Of a DNA stretch of 64,000 nucleotides, positions 61,771-64,000 are shown piece after piece. Below the pieces are notes generated by a model that was not told where the DNA came from, ran no database searches, and saw nothing but the letters and a program-made list of their open reading frames with translations. Location: assembly GCA_963837955.1 (NCBI GenBank), contig CAWIPH010000002.1, forward strand, positions 1,504,001 to 1,568,000, read 5' to 3'. The first letter of the stretch is position 1; each line of letters begins with the position of its first letter. Source of the DNA: an uncultured Verrucomicrobiae bacterium (GTDB lineage: Bacteria > Verrucomicrobiota > Verrucomicrobiia > Chthoniobacterales > JAFAMB01). A program made the translations under genes and the position numbers.

Positions 61771-62409
61771 ATGCAACTGTTGCTGCGCAAATTCGACTCC
61801 GCCATGGTGGGTTACCATGGGGTATACCCTCCAATCAGCGGCGGACAGAAACTGCCTCCTCCAACTGGCCCGGTGCCGCCCAACACAGGCATCGGCGGCA
61901 TGTACGACTCAATCGGACGCGCCGCCGCCGCCACTGTGATCCACCCTTTGGCCGTTTGGCTCCTGTACTTTTATGAGGCAGATATGAACGAAGGAACGAA
62001 AATCTTGGACATTATCGAGGTGGCAACTCCGACAGACGCGCCGCTAACAATTATACGAAGTGAAAATTCTCGAAATCCTCCGGAATGGTTAAAGATTCCC
62101 AATTGGTCAAGGCTATGCGACTGGCTTCGGCGCTTGTGCACGCCTTCCACGCCGGCCACGCTGAAAGGGCTGGTGCAACTGCTCTGCGGCTTAATGCAGA
62201 TGAGCAGCAAGGCCAAGGCCTCCCACCACAAATCTATTACTACCATTCTCTCAGAATTGGACGCGATCCCGGACACAAATCTGACATTGGGAATGTTCCT
62301 GTGCATTTGCCGGACAATAATGAAATGGTCCGGCAAGACTCAAGCAGTGGCCAACAGTAGTGATTTTGTGGAGGCGATTCAATCGCCAGACCATTCCACG
62401 TCGCGCTAG
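61771..62409 (+). CDS. Hypothetical protein
   Basis: Long ORF only; no family recognised; start uncertain. Confidence 0.4.
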   Translation: MQLLLRKFDSAMVGYHGVYPPISGGQKLPPPTGPVPPNTGIGGMYDSIGRAAAATVIHPLAVWLLYFYEADMNEGTKILDIIEVATPTDAPLTIIRSENSRNPPEWLKIPNWSRLCDWLRRLCTPSTPATLKGLVQLLCGLMQMSSKAKASHHKSITTILSELDAIPDTNLTLGMFLCICRTIMKWSGKTQAVANSSDFVEAIQSPDHSTSR

Positions 62410-62684
62410 ACTGAACGTTTTTGCGCTTGCCTAAAAGCGGATCGCTCGAACGCGAAATTGAAGTTACGTTTTGGCTTCCGCTGAAGGAATTCGGATTCAG
62501 GATTTTGTAACGTTACAAAATGTCCGAATTAGCATAACAATACAACATAACGTTTGAATAGTAAGCTACATGACGAAATGGAAGTCGGCGGACAGAGGTG
62601 GAAATAGGTGGACGTGTTGACAGTGAACCGTTTTTCGAGGGACCAAATATTAGTAAGTCGCTTGTAGTTAGTAACTTACAAAAG

Positions 62685-62760
62685 TGGCGACCCTAACGGG
62701 ATTCGAACCCGTGTTACTCCCGTGAAAGGGGAGTGTCCTAGGCCACTGGACGATAGGGTC
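62685..62760 (-). tRNA. tRNA-Glu(UUC)
   Basis: Reverse complement GACCCTATCGTCCAGTGGCCTAGGACACTCCCCTTTCACGGGAGTAACACGGGTTCGAATCCCGTTAGGGTCGCCA. Confidence 0.97.
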
Positions 62761-63284
62761 TTTTCAGCGGACTGATATGGTTGCACTAAGTGCGAAGTGC
62801 GCAAGCGGAAAAATTCAGGGAACAACCGCCGATTGCCCGTCCTAAATACCATCCGCAGATTACACAGATTACGCCGATTTGGAATTTCTGCCAACTTGCT
62901 CACGCGCTGGGATTTAGACCAATCTTCATTCCTCTGCGCGACGGATGCGGATGGCGACTGCGGTTTTTGGAAGCAGTAAGCAATCAACCTTGCGCGAGCT
63001 TCGAGGTGGCACTGCCGATTTCTTTCCAATCGAGCATCCCAAACGGCAAAGGAGGATCAATTCGCGGTTTCTAACCAAACCTTCATACCTTTGCGTCTTA
63101 GCGACTTTGCGTGAGATTTGTGTGCTCCCAATTCAGCATCCATTGCGCGGTACGAGCGTCGGCGCCCTCGCGTTTAATCGACGGAATCATATTCGTGTTC
63201 ATTCGCAGCCGGTCGCGCCATACCTCGAAGAGCGAAGGAGGATCAATTCGTGGTTTCTAGACCAAATCCTCATACCTTTGCGTC

Positions 63285-64000
63285 TTAGCGTCTTTGCGTG
63301 AGATTTGTCTCCTTCCAATCCAGCATCCATTGCGCGGTGCGAGCATTAGCGCCGTCGTGCTGAGCGAGGACGGTCTCGGCGCGTTTGACCATGCGGCTGG
63401 CGGCGGCCGAATCTGCGAGCATTTGATCGAGGGCGGGGATTAGTTCCTGTTCCGATGCGAGTTGTTTGATTCCGTTCTCCGCAACTAGTTCTTCCACGAG
63501 GAAACGGAAGTTCTCCATGTGCGGGCCACAGACCACCGGTTTATGCGCGAGCAATGGTTCGACCGGGTTTTGTCCGCCAATACCACGAAAACTTTTGCCG
63601 ATCACCACAACGCTGGCGGTCTCGTACCAATCGCGAAGTTCGCCGGTCGAATCGACCAGGAGTACGGTGGTATCCGGCGAGAAAAGTGGATTCGAACGCC
63701 GGGCGAAGACAAGCGATTGGTTGCGCAGCAAATCTTCAATCTCTGGCGCGCGCTCGGCATGGCGCGGCACAAGAATCAGAAACAATGCTGGATGTTTTTG
63801 GCGCAGCTGCAGAAACGCTTGAGCTAAAAGCTCTTCTTCGCCGGAATGCAAACTGCCTCCGAACAGAATCGGGCGATTGGAATCAATTCCATGTTTCTCC
63901 AGCCATTGAACAAAGCGCAAGTTGCGTTCGGCAACGATACCGGCGCGATCGTACTTGATGCTGCCCGTTACGGTGATCTTTCGCTGCGGAAGACCAAGTC
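63285..64000 (-). CDS. waaA: 3-deoxy-D-manno-octulosonic acid (Kdo) transferase, 5' part outside the window
   Basis: ITVTGSIKYD, GSLHSGEE, LVPRHAER, DSTGEL and GGQNPVEP motifs. Confidence 0.92.
   Translation of the reverse strand, partial: LGLPQRKITVTGSIKYDRAGIVAERNLRFVQWLEKHGIDSNRPILFGGSLHSGEEELLAQAFLQLRQKHPALFLILVPRHAERAPEIEDLLRNQSLVFARRSNPLFSPDTTVLLVDSTGELRDWYETASVVVIGKSFRGIGGQNPVEPLLAHKPVVCGPHMENFRFLVEELVAENGIKQLASEQELIPALDQMLADSAAASRMVKRAETVLAQHDGANARTAQWMLDWKETNLTQRR

Overview
Bacterial chromosomal window, most likely Verrucomicrobiota (Chthoniobacterales-like). That is an inference from the Gloeo/Verruco-repeat protein, the TIR-TolB-like-TPR protein and the general gene content. Core genes are tRNA-Leu(CAA), queG, aroK, cspA, purE, tsaC/sua5, an M20 dipeptidase, tatD, tRNA-Glu(UUC) and a partial waaA. 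Accessory content includes (i) a purine-scavenging cluster: TonB receptor, NCS2 permease, XRE-cupin regulator, adenosine deaminase, DszC/SfnB-like flavoenzyme and 8-oxoguanine-deaminase-like enzyme; (ii) a LacI-ABC-GH42 galactoside locus and a GH39; (iii) a very large M14 carboxypeptidase whose pro-domain appears to be encoded by a separate gene; and (iv) a degraded island next to the tRNA-Glu 3' end. The island carries a tightly coupled four-gene operon (wHTH-like protein, orphan ParA ATPase, stand-alone RelA/SpoT nucleotidyltransferase, 77-aa protein), which is the best candidate here for an undescribed defence/toxin system. Intergenic DNA is full of several families of palindromic REP/MITE-like elements, nested up to four levels deep. 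Three different IS families (IS4, IS1182 and a truncated IS110 with a duplicated CT core) have each inserted into such palindromes. A very small insertion element occurs both empty and carrying unique 32-35 nt inserts. Several single-base frameshifts may be assembly errors. No CRISPR array or rRNA was seen. All calls come from reading motifs by eye; no searches were run.
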